The notes: generated by a model from the sequence alone, not told the origin. A stretch of 64,000 nt of DNA from Candidatus Marinacidobacterales bacterium (GCA_965219415.1 CBDCNP010000001.1:64001-128000); one strand, 5' to 3'; shown: positions 1-10,553, counted from the first letter of the stretch. Translations and numbers: made by a program.

Positions 1-92
1 GTGTCCAAAAACACGAACGAACTCACGACCTCGGGCCTTTGGGAAAGTGCAAACTGCTGACCCGCTGGGCGTTCGAGTATTTGGACCAGACG
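1..92. mobile_element. Hybrid mini-element: type A end plus inverted type D end of rve/DDE transposon clade
   Basis: GTGTCCAAAAACACGAACGAACTC at 1 matches the motif at 1900/16371/18238/23381. 43-92 is the reverse complement of the D end at 16043/33123. Confidence 0.7.
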
Positions 93-120
93 AGATCGAG
101 AGCAGCGACGGAGTCTACCG

Positions 121-1142
121 CTAGTCTTCCAGAGCCCGTTTCGTGGCGGCGAGATTCTTCTCGTGCCCGATCACGACCAAGGTATCTCCTGCGCTCAGTG
201 CTTGCTCCGGCCCAGGGTTGAATACCATCTTTCCGTCGGTAGGTTTGACAGCGCGACGACCGTAACGCCGAAGCTCGTGCGCAAGTCCGCCTCGCCGAGG
301 CTTCGCCCCGCGATTTTGGCGTGTTCACCGATACGCGCCTCACCTAGGTTTATCTCAAGCGTGGCTCGGTCGGCGACGTGGTCCATGAACTGCAGAATCG
401 TCGGAGCCATCGCCGCCTGAACGATTCGATGGCTCGCGAGCCGGTACGGGGAGAACACCTCGGTCGCACCGGCGCGACGGAGCTTCAGCTCACCACGCTC
501 GTCGAGCGTCCGCGCAATGATGCGCACGGACGGGTTTAGCGCCTTGGCCGTCACCGTGACGTAGAGGTTGTCGGCATCCGAGGGGAGTAGGGCAAGGACG
601 GCGGCGGCCTTCTGGACGCCGGCGTTGAGGAGAGCCTCGTCCGACGTCGCGTCCTCCAGAAGATACAGGTAACGAAGCTCCCGGAGCGTCGGCTCTCTCG
701 AAGCGTCCGACTCGATGATGCAGAACGGGTGGTTCTTATGATCGAGATCCTCGGCGACGGACCTCGAGAAACGGCCGAACCCACACAATACGTAGTGATC
801 GACGAGTTCGTTCAGCTCTTTCCGCATTCGTCTCCTTCCTAGGTTCCCAAACAGCTCTCCCTCGAGGACGACCTGCCCCAGTTGGGTGAGCGTATAGATG
901 GACAACGAGAGCCCCCCTACGATTAGAAAGCTCGCGAAGAGCTTCCCGGGTGCCGAAAGGGGTTGCACTTCGCCGTATCCCACCGTGGAAATTGTGATTA
1001 CCGACATGTAGAGGGCGTCTGTCCAACGCCAGCCTTCGATCCAGGCGAAGCCCAGTGAGCCTACGAACGTCCAGATCAGCATCGCCATCACGCCGATGAC
1101 AAGACTGCGCTGGGTCCATTCGATGCTTCCAGCAGACTTCAA
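121..1142 (-). pseudogene. Potassium channel (2TM pore + TrkA-N/TrkA-C RCK domains), frameshift near 250
   Basis: TVGYG selectivity filter and CGFGRF NAD-binding motif. The C-terminus (KPTDGKMVFNPGPEQALSAGDTLVVIG...) continues in another frame to a stop at 121. Confidence 0.85.
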
Positions 1143-1271
1143 TGGCGGTTACTCTGGTTCGTGCGAATACCGCCACAGGTACTGTCAAATTGAGGTCTTG
1201 AACTCGAAGCGGGCCGCTCGATAATGGGGCTCGAGCGCACCGCGTTGCCAACATCTTGGGGTCGGATCGGC

Positions 1272-1449
1272 TGTGCCTTCTATTTATTCATCCGCGCGCC
1301 CCGAACTTGATCGGTCTCCGGTCTCCCGGGACCATGCCTGCATGATCTCGTCGTTTGTTCGCGCTCGGCCCTTGGCACGGCCGCAAACACAGACACTAAG
1401 TTGCTGATTCATGGGCTATTTCAAAAGGGCCGAGTTTTGGCACAGGACG
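1272..1449. mobile_element. 178-bp hybrid MITE (type C left end + inverted type B end)
   Basis: Starts TGTGCCTTCTATTTATTCATCCG and ends GAGTTTTGGCACAGGACG. An inverted copy lies at 10984-12422, split by IS3. Confidence 0.8.
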
Positions 1450-1570
1450 GGGAGCAACGGGACTCGGGGGCAACCACCAAGCCTCGCCACGACGTCTGGG
1501 CCGTGGCGGGGTTGTGCCACGAGCCCGTGGCGAGCACAGCGATCCATACGGGAATGGGGAAGTGTCGCAT
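1450..1570 (-). pseudogene. 5' stump of a secreted protein, possibly HNH/DUF1524-type nuclease
   Basis: RBS GAGAGG then MRHFPIPVWIAVLATGSWHNPATAQTSWRGLVVAPESRCSP, cut at the B end. The family guess rests on recall of the WRGLxVAPExRCSP motif. Confidence 0.4.
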
Positions 1571-1686
1571 CTTATCTTACCTCTCACAGGCTATGCCGTC
1601 GTTCTCTCGGTCGATTGCGCGCGATGGAGACGCGCATATCGCGGTCCTCCACCTAGTAGCGTACAGCGGCGAAGAATGGAACTCGG

Positions 1687-1787
1687 GTGCTTCCGCAGTC
1701 AAATGTTGGCGCCTGCCGTGTAACCCGTTCGCGTGCTAGAGTTTGAGCCTGATTTCGAGAGGCGCAGTTCTTTCGTCGATGCCGGCT
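1687..1787 (+). mobile_element. Left-end fragment of a diverged IS1-family element
   Basis: GGTGCTTCCGCAGTCAAATGTTGG and the following sequence resemble 3612-3715. Confidence 0.7.
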
Positions 1788-1810
1788 GGGCCGAGTTTTG
1801 GCACAGGACG

Positions 1811-1899
1811 GGAAGACGCTCGAAATTCATCCGCCTCGAAAGGTCGCGAAACAGAGCGTGAGTGTTCCGGTAGCTTCGCCTTCCCGTCACCGTCGATGG
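1811..1899 (-). mobile_element. Internal IS1 transposase fragment between a B end and an A end
   Basis: Near-exact reverse complement of about 4163-4253. Confidence 0.85.
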
Positions 1900-1934
1900 C
1901 GTCGTGTCCAAAAACACAAACGAACTCAAGACCC

Positions 1935-2523
1935 GCCTGGGCTGCAACAAGCAGGTGCAGATGGCTAAACAGCCTGGAGGGCATAAGTGGCCAGCCCGAT
2001 GGCCGCCACATGGTCGTTGCCCCCAACGACCTCGAGCCGGCAGGTGGCGAGCGAGCGTCCCTTGCGGACCGACCTCTCCGATGGCGACCAGGTCTCCCTG
2101 GACTCCCGCCAGCAAGCTCATCTTGAACTCCACCGTCTTGACCGTGGAGCCCAGCGAGACCGAACCCACCGCGAAGTTACCCGCCGTGTCCGCCAGCAGA
2201 CTGATGAGACCCCCGTGGATGACGCCATGCCTTTCTTCGAACTCGGCCCGAAACGGCAAACGCGCGCGCGCCACGCCGTTTTCGCAATAGCTGAGTGTCA
2301 TGCCCAGGTAGCGGCTGATCGGAGCCGCCTCGAAGAGTTGTTTGAGTTTTTCGAGATGCGCGGAACGTTCCGTCGTTTCACCCGCCCGCTGGTGGCGGAC
2401 ACTTTCGGGCAGAGGAACCGGCACCGGCTTGGATTCATTGCGGGGAGCCGAACGAGGCCGTGCAGCGGCTTTCTTGCTAGCAGGCCTCGAAAGGATGTCT
2501 CTCTTCCTTGGTCCTTCTTTCAT
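1935..2523 (-). pseudogene. PaaI-family (hotdog) thioesterase, frameshifted near the 3' end
   Basis: GVIHGGLISLLADTA motif and TVEFKMSLL strand. GRKGRSLATCRLEV continues in another frame. Confidence 0.75.
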
Positions 2524-2740
2524 ATCGAGACACGCTCCACGATGTTGCGAGTGACGTGCTGTCTACGCAGGTCATAGAACTGTGTGGCCCGAGGGGTTGG
2601 AGTGTCCGGCCAGATACTGCACGTCCTCCAGGGGCACGTTCTGGCTGAGTATATCCGTGATCTCCATCACGCGGATGAATAAATAGAAGGCACACCCGCC
2701 CGGAGTTGCGTCTGATTCCCAAGCTCAGGCGATACACCCA

Positions 2741-3184
2741 TCAGGGCAACCTTGTGCCATTCCTCGGAGGAGGCGTGGGTAGCATCGCCCAGCTAATGCA
2801 CCGCTCGGCATCATCAAGCCAACTTGCCGCACCGGGATCCTTAAGCAGGGGTAGTCCAAGCTTGACCAGACAACAAGGCAAGTCCAACTCCTCCGGTAGC
2901 TCCGTCCCCAACCAGCGCACGCCCTTTGCTGCGCCCTCAATCGTCCAGGCTGTCACGCACTGAACCATGACCCGGTGCTCGGGTCCCTGGATGAGCCACC
3001 CCACTGCGCCGACCCAGGTGTTCCTGATGCTTAGAAAGTATTCAGGGAATCCGGGTAACGGCACCGCTTGCCCGCCGGTGGCCACCTTGATGATGGACTG
3101 CAACGCAGCCAATGTCTCGGAGCTAACATCCGAGCGTGGCATCTGGAACACGTGGTGCGTCGATAGGTTGTAGTGGTGCATCAT
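2741..3184 (-). CDS. Hypothetical protein
   Basis: Protein-like 3' part of ORF 2741..3436; no recognised motif. Confidence 0.4.
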   Translation of the reverse strand: MMHHYNLSTHHVFQMPRSDVSSETLAALQSIIKVATGGQAVPLPGFPEYFLSIRNTWVGAVGWLIQGPEHRVMVQCVTAWTIEGAAKGVRWLGTELPEELDLPCCLVKLGLPLLKDPGAASWLDDAERCISWAMLPTPPPRNGTRLP

Positions 3185-3402
3185 CGACTCGCTGGCGAAG
3201 GAATGTCCAAGGGTAGCAACCCGTTCGCCAACATCTCCCTCGCCCGTTGGCTCCTCCGGCCGAATTGGTGGGGGCTCTGGAACCTGCAATGCTTTGGTTT
3301 CCGTCGGATTCTCAGTGTCCGCCTTCGCCCGCTTTTTACGCCGGGCACGTCGCCAGCGTGCATCCGTCGTTCGGTAGGACATTCCGAGGCGTCGCTTGTG
3401 AG

Positions 3403-3611
3403 CTACTTCTTCGGTGAGACGACGGCGTCCAGGCAAGCTTTCGCTACTCGAAACTTGACCACCGTCTTTTTCGGGATTCGAATCTGTTCGCCGGTCCGGG
3501 GGTTGTGTCCCTTGCGCGCCTTTCGTTGCGCCTTCACGAGTTTTCCAATTCCGGGAATGATGAACTGGCCCGTCCGCTTCGTCTCCTTCGCCGCGAGATC
3601 CGCAATCGACT
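3403..3611 (-). pseudogene. hup: HU-family DNA-binding protein, 5' truncated by IS1
   Basis: PGIGKLVKAQRKARKGHNPRTGEQIRIP; paralog of 18574..18891; cut at the IS1 IR at 3612. Confidence 0.85.
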
Positions 3612-4811
3612 GGTGCTTCCGCAATTAAGTGTTGGCGGCCAGCCCCTAACCGGTCTGCGTGCTAGAGTTTGAACCAGAATTCCGAAGACACAGTTCTCTC
3701 ATCGTCAGGGCCGAGCCAAAGTGAAGAATCGCAGATGTCTCAATCTCGCATGTCCGTTGCGGGGCAAAGTCAGTTCCGGAAACATCGTTCGCCACGGATT
3801 CTACCGAACCAGGTCCGGGAAACGCCGTCGATACCGGTGCGGCGAGTGCGGAAAGACGTTCTCCTCGACGAAAGGCACGCCCTACTACCGTCTCCAACAT
3901 CGAAGAGCTACTTTCGATGGGGTCATCGCTCTCAGAGTCGAGGTTGTCAGCATTGCTGCGATTTCCCGGATCAAAGGGATTGCCTGGAACACCATCGCCC
4001 GCTGGCTCGAGAAGGCAGCCCAAGTGTGTCGTCGATTCAATCACAGAAGGATCGCCGGCTTCGCTGCCGAAGAGCTTCAAGCCGACGAGATTCGCACGTT
4101 CGCGGGCAACAAGAAGACGCCGAGTTGGGTCTTCGTTACGATCGAGGTCTGGTCTCGGCTCTGGCCATCGACGGTGACGGGAAGGCGAAGCTACCGGAAC
4201 ACTCACGCTCTGTTTCGCGACCTTTCGAGGCGGATGAATTTCGAGCGTCTTTCCTTGATCGTCACGGATGGATTCGAATTCTACCAGAAGGTCATCCGTC
4301 GCTTCTTCGGTCCAGCGTGTCTCTACGGCCAGGTCCTCAAGACGCGCAGGAACGATCGTATCATCAAGGTCGAACGGAGAGCGCTGCACGGAGCCGCGTG
4401 GCGATTCGAAGACGCGCTCAATAACTCCGAGGACTCCTCAACATTGAACACGTCGTTCATCGAGCGGTTGAATCTGACCATCCGGCAAAGCTCGGCATAC
4501 CTTTCAAGACGAACACTTTCCCACGCTCGCTCGACGGAGAGGCTCGATGAGCACCTGGAGTTGCTCCGTTGCTATTACAACTTCGTCCGACCGCACGGAG
4601 CTCTGAAGTTCGGACGTGAGATCCGAACTCCGGCTATGCAAGCCGGTCTGACCACGCGACGGCTCACCTTTCGAGACATCTTCTTGGCGACGACGATTCC
4701 TTTGTGGTCGCGGATCGAGGTTTTCCTGCTCACTGGGGCGCGCAACCCGGTCTCTTCCGCACCTGTACCACTGTCCGCAGCCGCGTAGCAACACTTGATG
4801 GCGGAAGCACC
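3612..4811 (+). mobile_element. IS1-family insertion sequence (1200 bp)
   Basis: IRs GGTGCTTCCGCAATTAAGTGTTG / CAACACTTGATGGCGGAAGCACC; no target duplication visible. Confidence 0.9.
3721..4788 (+). CDS. IS1-family transposase (single ORF)
   Basis: Zn ribbon (CLNLAC...CGECGK), HTH and DDE motifs ADE / TDG / IERLN. Confidence 0.88.
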   Translation: MKNRRCLNLACPLRGKVSSGNIVRHGFYRTRSGKRRRYRCGECGKTFSSTKGTPYYRLQHRRATFDGVIALRVEVVSIAAISRIKGIAWNTIARWLEKAAQVCRRFNHRRIAGFAAEELQADEIRTFAGNKKTPSWVFVTIEVWSRLWPSTVTGRRSYRNTHALFRDLSRRMNFERLSLIVTDGFEFYQKVIRRFFGPACLYGQVLKTRRNDRIIKVERRALHGAAWRFEDALNNSEDSSTLNTSFIERLNLTIRQSSAYLSRRTLSHARSTERLDEHLELLRCYYNFVRPHGALKFGREIRTPAMQAGLTTRRLTFRDIFLATTIPLWSRIEVFLLTGARNPVSSAPVPLSAAA

Positions 4812-5013
4812 CGAAGCCTAGCCGCAGTCGGTTCCGGATGGACTCGCCGGTGGCCTTCCAGGCGTGCTCGAAGTCCTGTTCCGGCGCCTCTCCGTCGGGA
4901 ATCGGGGCATGCCACCACTCCATGTGCCGGTCTCGAACCGCCCTCGGGAGATCGTGCACCTTCAGATAGGCGAGCTCCTCGTGGGTGATCAGGCTGACCA
5001 CCGCAGTCGCTCC

Positions 5014-5239
5014 TCAGTGCTGAATCGCGTCGAGGTCGGCGTCGAGATCCCGCTTCCAGGGCCCTTCGAACAGGCGGCCCCGAACTTGGGCCTCCTGGAC
5101 CGCCAGCGCGCCCCGGCAAAAGGGGGCGTGGTTCCAGTACCCGCGCTTGAGCGTGCCGTAGACGAAGAGTCTCAACACGCCGGAAGAGTTCTCTTTCGGG
5201 GATTCTCTGGGTTTCACTCAGGAGTTGTCCTCCTGTTCA
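5014..5239 (-). pseudogene. Gamma-glutamylcyclotransferase (AIG2-like) N-terminal fragment
   Basis: LFVYGTLKRGYWNH motif; the frame ends early. Confidence 0.6.
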
Positions 5240-5368
5240 TGAAAGGTGACCTAACCCCACGGTTAGTACCACGTTGTATCTCAGTCATTCGGTGCTGACA
5301 ATGGCTGGTTGAAGCCGGCGGAGCGGAGAAGGATCTGGACCCAGGCCTGAGGAATGATGGACATAAAG

Positions 5369-6808
5369 GGAGTCAAGCCCATTTTTAGTTGAAATTTTCC
5401 ACGGCTCCCGGTTCGTTTAAGCAACGTTCTTCCTCGACGTATTCTTTTTCGCGGTCTCGATCTTCAGTTCACGCTTGAGCGCTTCACGCAGCTTTGGAAG
5501 GTGTCGGTAGCCCATCACCTTCCGGAGGCGCGGCTCGATGTCGGTGAGCGCGGTCGCGAGCCAGCGTTGGCGTTGGTTCGAAGTCTTCCAGTGATCGACC
5601 TTCGCGCAACGTTCCTCGATAAGCGCATTGACGGACTCGATGCAGTTCGTCGTCTTTAGTGAGTGACCGAGCACCCCGTACACGCCAAGACGATGCAAGG
5701 TCAGGGTCTCCTCCAGCCTCTCTTCGAGGCTAGAGGCCGCAGACTGATTCCTCTCTTCCAGCTCGCGGTGGAGTTGCTCGAGGGCCTCAAGCGCCTCCTT
5801 GTGCGTCGGCCGGCCGTACGCGCGCTGCAGCCGCTTGCGCCACAACGACTGCTCGCTCTTGGACAAATAGCTCACGACATTCTCTCGTTTGTGCCACTGG
5901 CAACGGCCCACGACGACCCGCCTGCGAAAGGCCTTGGTCACGGCTCCTCGCAGCCCCTTGCTGCCGTCGATGACCACCAGCAGCCCTTCAGAGATATCGA
6001 GACCCCGCTCGACCAATGAACGCAGGAACGGCCTAAGAACACGCTCGTTCTCAGTGTCTGTCTCCACGAAGCCGAGGAAGCGTTTGTCCCCGGATAACGT
6101 GATGCCGAGAGCCACCACCATCGTCGCGTCGGCGAACGTCTTGCCGTCCAGGACCATCGCCACCACGTCCTCACCCGAGAGATCACGCTCCTGCATCTCA
6201 CGCAGCTTCGCTGCGCTTGCTTCGACGAAGCCGCGCGACACCGACGAACTCGACAGACCGATCGCGCCCGGGACCAATTCCGACGCCGACTCATGGTTCC
6301 GGCACGAGATCCCGTACAGCACTCTTCGTAGAACCAACTCGTCCACCTCTCCGCGGTGACTCAGACTCTCGTACGAGCTCAACGGGATCTCTCCGTCGCG
6401 GCCGCGAACACGGGGAACGCGGATCGGAACTCGCTGACCCGCGAGTTTCACCGTGCCCGGATTCGTCCCGTGACGTCGTCCCTGCACCGTCTCCGATTTC
6501 CGAACGTATCGCTCTCCCGCAAGCTCACTGACCTCGGCGTCCAGCAACTCGTGAACATGCATCAGGCCGAGAGGCACCAGTGCGCGGATCATCTCGACCT
6601 TCGAGTCCACCTCGAGCTCCCCGTATCCCTCTTGCTCCATGACCTCTACTTCACCTAGACGACGCGTCTTCTTGCCTTCCTTGACCCTTCGTAGCAGACT
6701 TCCCATATCGGCTCCTTTCTTGAGCGGCTTGATTTCGCTTTTGACAACGTCATCAAACCACCCGAGAGGGAGCCGTTTCAAATTTCAACTAAGAGTGGCA
6801 CACATTCC
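5369..6808 (-). mobile_element. IS256-family insertion sequence
   Basis: IRs GGAGTCAAGCCCATTTTTAGTTGAAATTT and GGAATGTGTGCCACTCTTAGTTGAAATTT; abuts a truncated IS1. Confidence 0.88.
5417..6706 (-). CDS. IS256-family (Mutator-like) transposase
   Basis: LDG, VIDGSKGL, RCQWHKREN and TTNCIES motifs; AAGGAG RBS before ATG at 6706. Confidence 0.9.
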   Translation of the reverse strand: MGSLLRRVKEGKKTRRLGEVEVMEQEGYGELEVDSKVEMIRALVPLGLMHVHELLDAEVSELAGERYVRKSETVQGRRHGTNPGTVKLAGQRVPIRVPRVRGRDGEIPLSSYESLSHRGEVDELVLRRVLYGISCRNHESASELVPGAIGLSSSSVSRGFVEASAAKLREMQERDLSGEDVVAMVLDGKTFADATMVVALGITLSGDKRFLGFVETDTENERVLRPFLRSLVERGLDISEGLLVVIDGSKGLRGAVTKAFRRRVVVGRCQWHKRENVVSYLSKSEQSLWRKRLQRAYGRPTHKEALEALEQLHRELEERNQSAASSLEERLEETLTLHRLGVYGVLGHSLKTTNCIESVNALIEERCAKVDHWKTSNQRQRWLATALTDIEPRLRKVMGYRHLPKLREALKRELKIETAKKNTSRKNVA

Positions 6809-7117
6809 CCATCGAAAGTAGCTCTTCGATGTTGGAGACGGTAGTAGGGCGTGCCTTTCGTCGAAGAGAACGTCTTTCCGCACTCGCCGCACCGGTATCG
6901 ACGGAGTTTCCCGGACCTCGTTCTGTAGAATCCGTTGTGAATAATACTTCTGGAACCGACTTTTCCATACGACGGACATGCGGGATTGAGACATCTGCGA
7001 TTCTTCACTTCGGCTCGGCCCTGACGATGAGAGAACTGTGTCTTCAGAATTCTGGTTCAAACTCTAGCACGCAGACGGGTTAGGGGCTGGCCGCCAACAC
7101 TTAATTGCGGAAGCACC
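6809..7117 (-). mobile_element. Truncated second copy of the IS1 element (left end + 5' transposase)
   Basis: Reverse complement closely matches 3612-3921. Confidence 0.88.
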
Positions 7118-7241
7118 GGTTGATGGCGAAAACTTTCAGTGCGGGCACGTTATTGGCCTCTCCGAAATCTTCAACCATGGTCGCCAGATCGCGGAGCTCG
7201 GACAGCCGGACGGGTAGTGTGACACGTAATTCATCAGACAT
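7118..7241 (-). pseudogene. Anti-sigma factor / RsbW-like HATPase, 5' stump
   Basis: AAGGAG then MSDELRVTLPVRLSELRDLATMVEDFGEANNVPALKVFAIN, directly after a PP2C phosphatase and cut by IS1. Confidence 0.6.
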
Positions 7242-7338
7242 AGTGTTGGTTGCTCCTTGACGATTTAAGCCGTTCTAACCTCCACAGCATTCCGCGTGCG
7301 ATCACGCAGGGAAACGAACCTTCACGATTCCGTGAAGC

Positions 7339-9840
7339 TCAGCGGCGCCGCAGGACGAGGCAGGTCATGTCGTCGTCGGCCGCGGTGCCGGCCGAGAAGT
7401 TTCCGATCCGGTCCCAGACATTGTTCACGATGTGCTCCGGCGATTGCCGCGAAGAACCGTCCAGCGTTCCCTCCAGCCGCTCCTTGCCGAACAGCTCGCC
7501 GTTGCCGTTCGTGGCGTCGGTGAGGCCGTCGGTATACATGAACAGTGTTTCTCCCGGCTGAAGGACCTCATGTCCGCTCGAGTAGTCAAAGTCCTCCAAC
7601 AAACCCATCGCGAGTCCGCCGGTCAGGGCGAGCGCCCGCCTGGAGTCGTCGGCACCTATCACAAACGGGGGCTCGTGCCCGGCGCAGACGTAGTCGACCG
7701 CGCCGTTTTCGAGGTTGACCATGGCGAGCATGCAGGTGACGAACATACCCATCGGGTTCTGGCTGCACAGACGGCGGTTCGTGTCCTCGGCGATCGCGGC
7801 GACCTCGGCGGCAATCGTGGCGATATCGGCGCGCCCGAGGAAAGCGGACTTGACCGCCGACTGGGACGCCGCCATGAACAGGGCCGCGGCCACCCCCTTG
7901 CCCGAGACGTCGCCGATGGTGAAGAACAGCATCCCGTCCGACGGCCCCACGACATCGACGAAATCGCCACCCACTTGCTTCGCCGGAGTCATCCGCGCGT
8001 AGGCGGAGAAGGGGCCCAACTCGGCGCCCCCTTCCCGCACCAAAGCGTGCTGCACGAGCTTCGCCATCGCCAGATCCTCTTCCATGGCTTCATGTGCCAT
8101 GCGCAATTGATGGTTGCTATGTTGCAGCTCCCGGGTCCTTTCCGAAACCAGCGTCTCGAGCTGTTCCTCACGGTTGAAGACCTGGACCGTCATGTCGCTG
8201 AAGACGCGCGCCAGGCTGCCGATCTCGTCGGATCTGCGCATCACCGGTTCCATGACGCCGGAATCGGGTTGTTCTCCGGTTTCCACCTGCCGAGCGGCGT
8301 CGGCGATGATTTCGATCGGATGCGTCAGCAATCGCGAGCCGAAGAGCGCAGCCACGGCGGTGAGACCGAGCAGCGCGAACGCAATCAGGGCTGTGTTTCG
8401 CGCTTCGCCGCGCACCGCGAGCGCGATGTCGTCTAGACTGACGGCAACGGCCAGGCCGCCGATCAGGATCCCACCGGTGTTGACGATCGGGGATGCGACC
8501 ACGATGCCGCGGTCATCGGGTGAGAACAGACTCAGACTCGCCCTGCTGACCACGCTTTCCTGGGCCAGCGCATTTTCCATGATCCCTTCGCCGCGGCGCT
8601 CGAAGATCCCCGCCGTGTCGACGATCTCGTCACCGGTTTGCATCTCGGCGCGCGGCGCAACCGCGGCCAGCTCACCCTCGAGATTGACGATCCAGAGCGC
8701 CTGGAGGTTTCGGGAACGGACCAGGATGTCGGCCTGCTGCTGGTAGACCGAGTAGAGCAGGTTGCCCGCACTGCTTTCGATGGGCACGCCGACCTGGATC
8801 AGGCGCGACGAGTCCCGGCTGGCCCTTGTGACGTACTTGTAGACGGTGCCGTCGGAGGCGCGCGGCGATGTCGGGTGCTCGGCCACCGGCTCCAACCCGT
8901 CCAGCAGGGCGCCGAGGTCCTCGAAATGCGGCGTGTCGGCCAGAGACCGGTCCGCCCCGCCGGGAGGGAAATTGGAATAGATTGTGCCGCGCCTGGAGTC
9001 GACGATGCGAATCTCTCCGATGGTGGTGGTGTCGACGATGCGCCGCAGCCGGAGGTCGATCTCTTCGGTCGTCCACTCGGCCGCCTCCGCGGTGGAAATA
9101 AAGTAATCCAGAATCGTGGTCTGCACGGTCATGTGCTGGCCCAGGATACCTTCGATCACGGCCGAGACGTCAGGTCGCTGCGAGGCATAGACATTCCTCA
9201 GGAGCTCCTGATCGCCGAACACCAGAGCATCCCCGACTTGCACGATCCTCGGCTGGTCGACGCCGCCGACGCCGACGTACTTGAAAACCTGTTGGTTGAT
9301 CTCCCGCACCTGCGCCGGCTGCGTGATGAAGTCATCGCCGTCGAGGGGCGCCATCAGCAAAGTGTAGAACTTGGATGCCTGCGGCTGCACCGCGGGATCG
9401 GGATCGAACTGGAAGGGCACCAGCGCGCCGGTTTCATCCCGGACATTAGTGAGATAGGAGAAACCCTGATCGTCGGTGATCCAGAACTCGTCGAGCACCG
9501 TGTCCCGGACGATCGCTTCAAGGATCTCGATGATCCGGGGCGGGTCGTATCCGGCGGCTTCGGCGGCGTCGACCATGTGAGCGACAATGCGCGCCTGGGC
9601 CGTCATCGGCTCGTCGAGCGTGGAATCCAATGTCCGCGCGACATTGGCCAGCGAGATCTCGCCCATTTCGGCAAAGGTTCCCGAAATCAACTCGGCCAGA
9701 TGCACGGCCGCGATTTCAGCTTCGTCGCGCAAGGCCGTCCCGGAATTGTAAAGCAGGGTAGCCGAGGTCGTCAGGATCGCGACCGACAGCAGTCCCGCCA
9801 GGGCGATAAACACGCGGACCGCCAGGCGCAGATCCTTCAT
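7339..9840 (-). CDS. Membrane PP2C/SpoIIE-type (RsbU-like) phosphatase with HAMP and duplicated extracytoplasmic sensor
   Basis: Two TM segments, HAMP (RSDEIGSLARVF), VGGDF, GDVSGKGV, AGHEPP, YTDGLTD and DDMT motifs. Confidence 0.92.
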   Translation of the reverse strand: MKDLRLAVRVFIALAGLLSVAILTTSATLLYNSGTALRDEAEIAAVHLAELISGTFAEMGEISLANVARTLDSTLDEPMTAQARIVAHMVDAAEAAGYDPPRIIEILEAIVRDTVLDEFWITDDQGFSYLTNVRDETGALVPFQFDPDPAVQPQASKFYTLLMAPLDGDDFITQPAQVREINQQVFKYVGVGGVDQPRIVQVGDALVFGDQELLRNVYASQRPDVSAVIEGILGQHMTVQTTILDYFISTAEAAEWTTEEIDLRLRRIVDTTTIGEIRIVDSRRGTIYSNFPPGGADRSLADTPHFEDLGALLDGLEPVAEHPTSPRASDGTVYKYVTRASRDSSRLIQVGVPIESSAGNLLYSVYQQQADILVRSRNLQALWIVNLEGELAAVAPRAEMQTGDEIVDTAGIFERRGEGIMENALAQESVVSRASLSLFSPDDRGIVVASPIVNTGGILIGGLAVAVSLDDIALAVRGEARNTALIAFALLGLTAVAALFGSRLLTHPIEIIADAARQVETGEQPDSGVMEPVMRRSDEIGSLARVFSDMTVQVFNREEQLETLVSERTRELQHSNHQLRMAHEAMEEDLAMAKLVQHALVREGGAELGPFSAYARMTPAKQVGGDFVDVVGPSDGMLFFTIGDVSGKGVAAALFMAASQSAVKSAFLGRADIATIAAEVAAIAEDTNRRLCSQNPMGMFVTCMLAMVNLENGAVDYVCAGHEPPFVIGADDSRRALALTGGLAMGLLEDFDYSSGHEVLQPGETLFMYTDGLTDATNGNGELFGKERLEGTLDGSSRQSPEHIVNNVWDRIGNFSAGTAADDDMTCLVLRRR

Positions 9841-10219
9841 GGGTGCCGCCGGCCGCGGGGTTCTCGATCACTCGCGCCCATGTCCTGTATCATCTTCATT
9901 CACCCCAGGACTAATATGCTGCAACGGGCACGTGCATCCCGCAGCAGCCCCTAGCGAACAAGTAGCCGGATTATACTTTATCTTGCAGCTTCTTTTTCCG
10001 ATTTGGATCGGTTTGACCTTCGCTGACACGGCTACCCGCCGGACAAACAGGAGAAGGCGACCCGGACCGTGCTCGAACAGGCGGAGGTGTTGTCCACTGG
10101 CTGGGCCGCTTGAATCGGTGCAAGAACACCTTCGTCGGGGTACTGTCAAGTTTTCCACGGCCTGACGGCCACACCGAATGAATGAAACGCGATAGTCTCT
10201 GGAGGTGGCACCGGCTCCC

Positions 10220-10377
10220 TCGAGTGGGTCCATTGGTACAACACGCAACGACTCTTGGAGCCGATCGGAAATGTCTCCCCCGTCGAGTACGAGATGAACT
10301 ACTATCAGTCGCAGGAAGGCTCGCTGGAGATGGCGAGACTCAACTAAAACAGTCTCCGGAAAACCCGGGGCGGTTCA
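10220..10377 (+). mobile_element. 3' end fragment of an IS3-family (IS51-like) element
   Basis: LEWVHWYNTQRLLEPIGNVSPVEYE and right IR ...CCGGGGCGGTTCA; inverted remnant at 27738-27806. Confidence 0.8.
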
Positions 10378-10553
10378 GTCCAATGGTGTTCGAACGGATT
10401 CATGATTTCAAAACTGCTCATGCGAGATAATCAACCTGTCTACTTTTCCTGGGCAAGGTTAAACTATCAGAGAAGCCATTAAGGGTATCGTCTCAAGGGG
10501 AGGACCGTCTATTTCAAAAGGGCCGAGTTTTGACACAGGACGGGAGACTAACA

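Noticed and set aside
1699-2523. Thioesterase-transposase fusion ORF (also 16852..17955, 19449..20162, 34010..34615)
   Set aside because: These are read-through across transposon-end junctions, not evolved fusions.
7432-9954. Long plus-strand ORFs (334 and 438 aa) and similar shadow ORFs elsewhere
   Set aside because: Antisense shadows of well-supported GC-rich genes, with no motifs.
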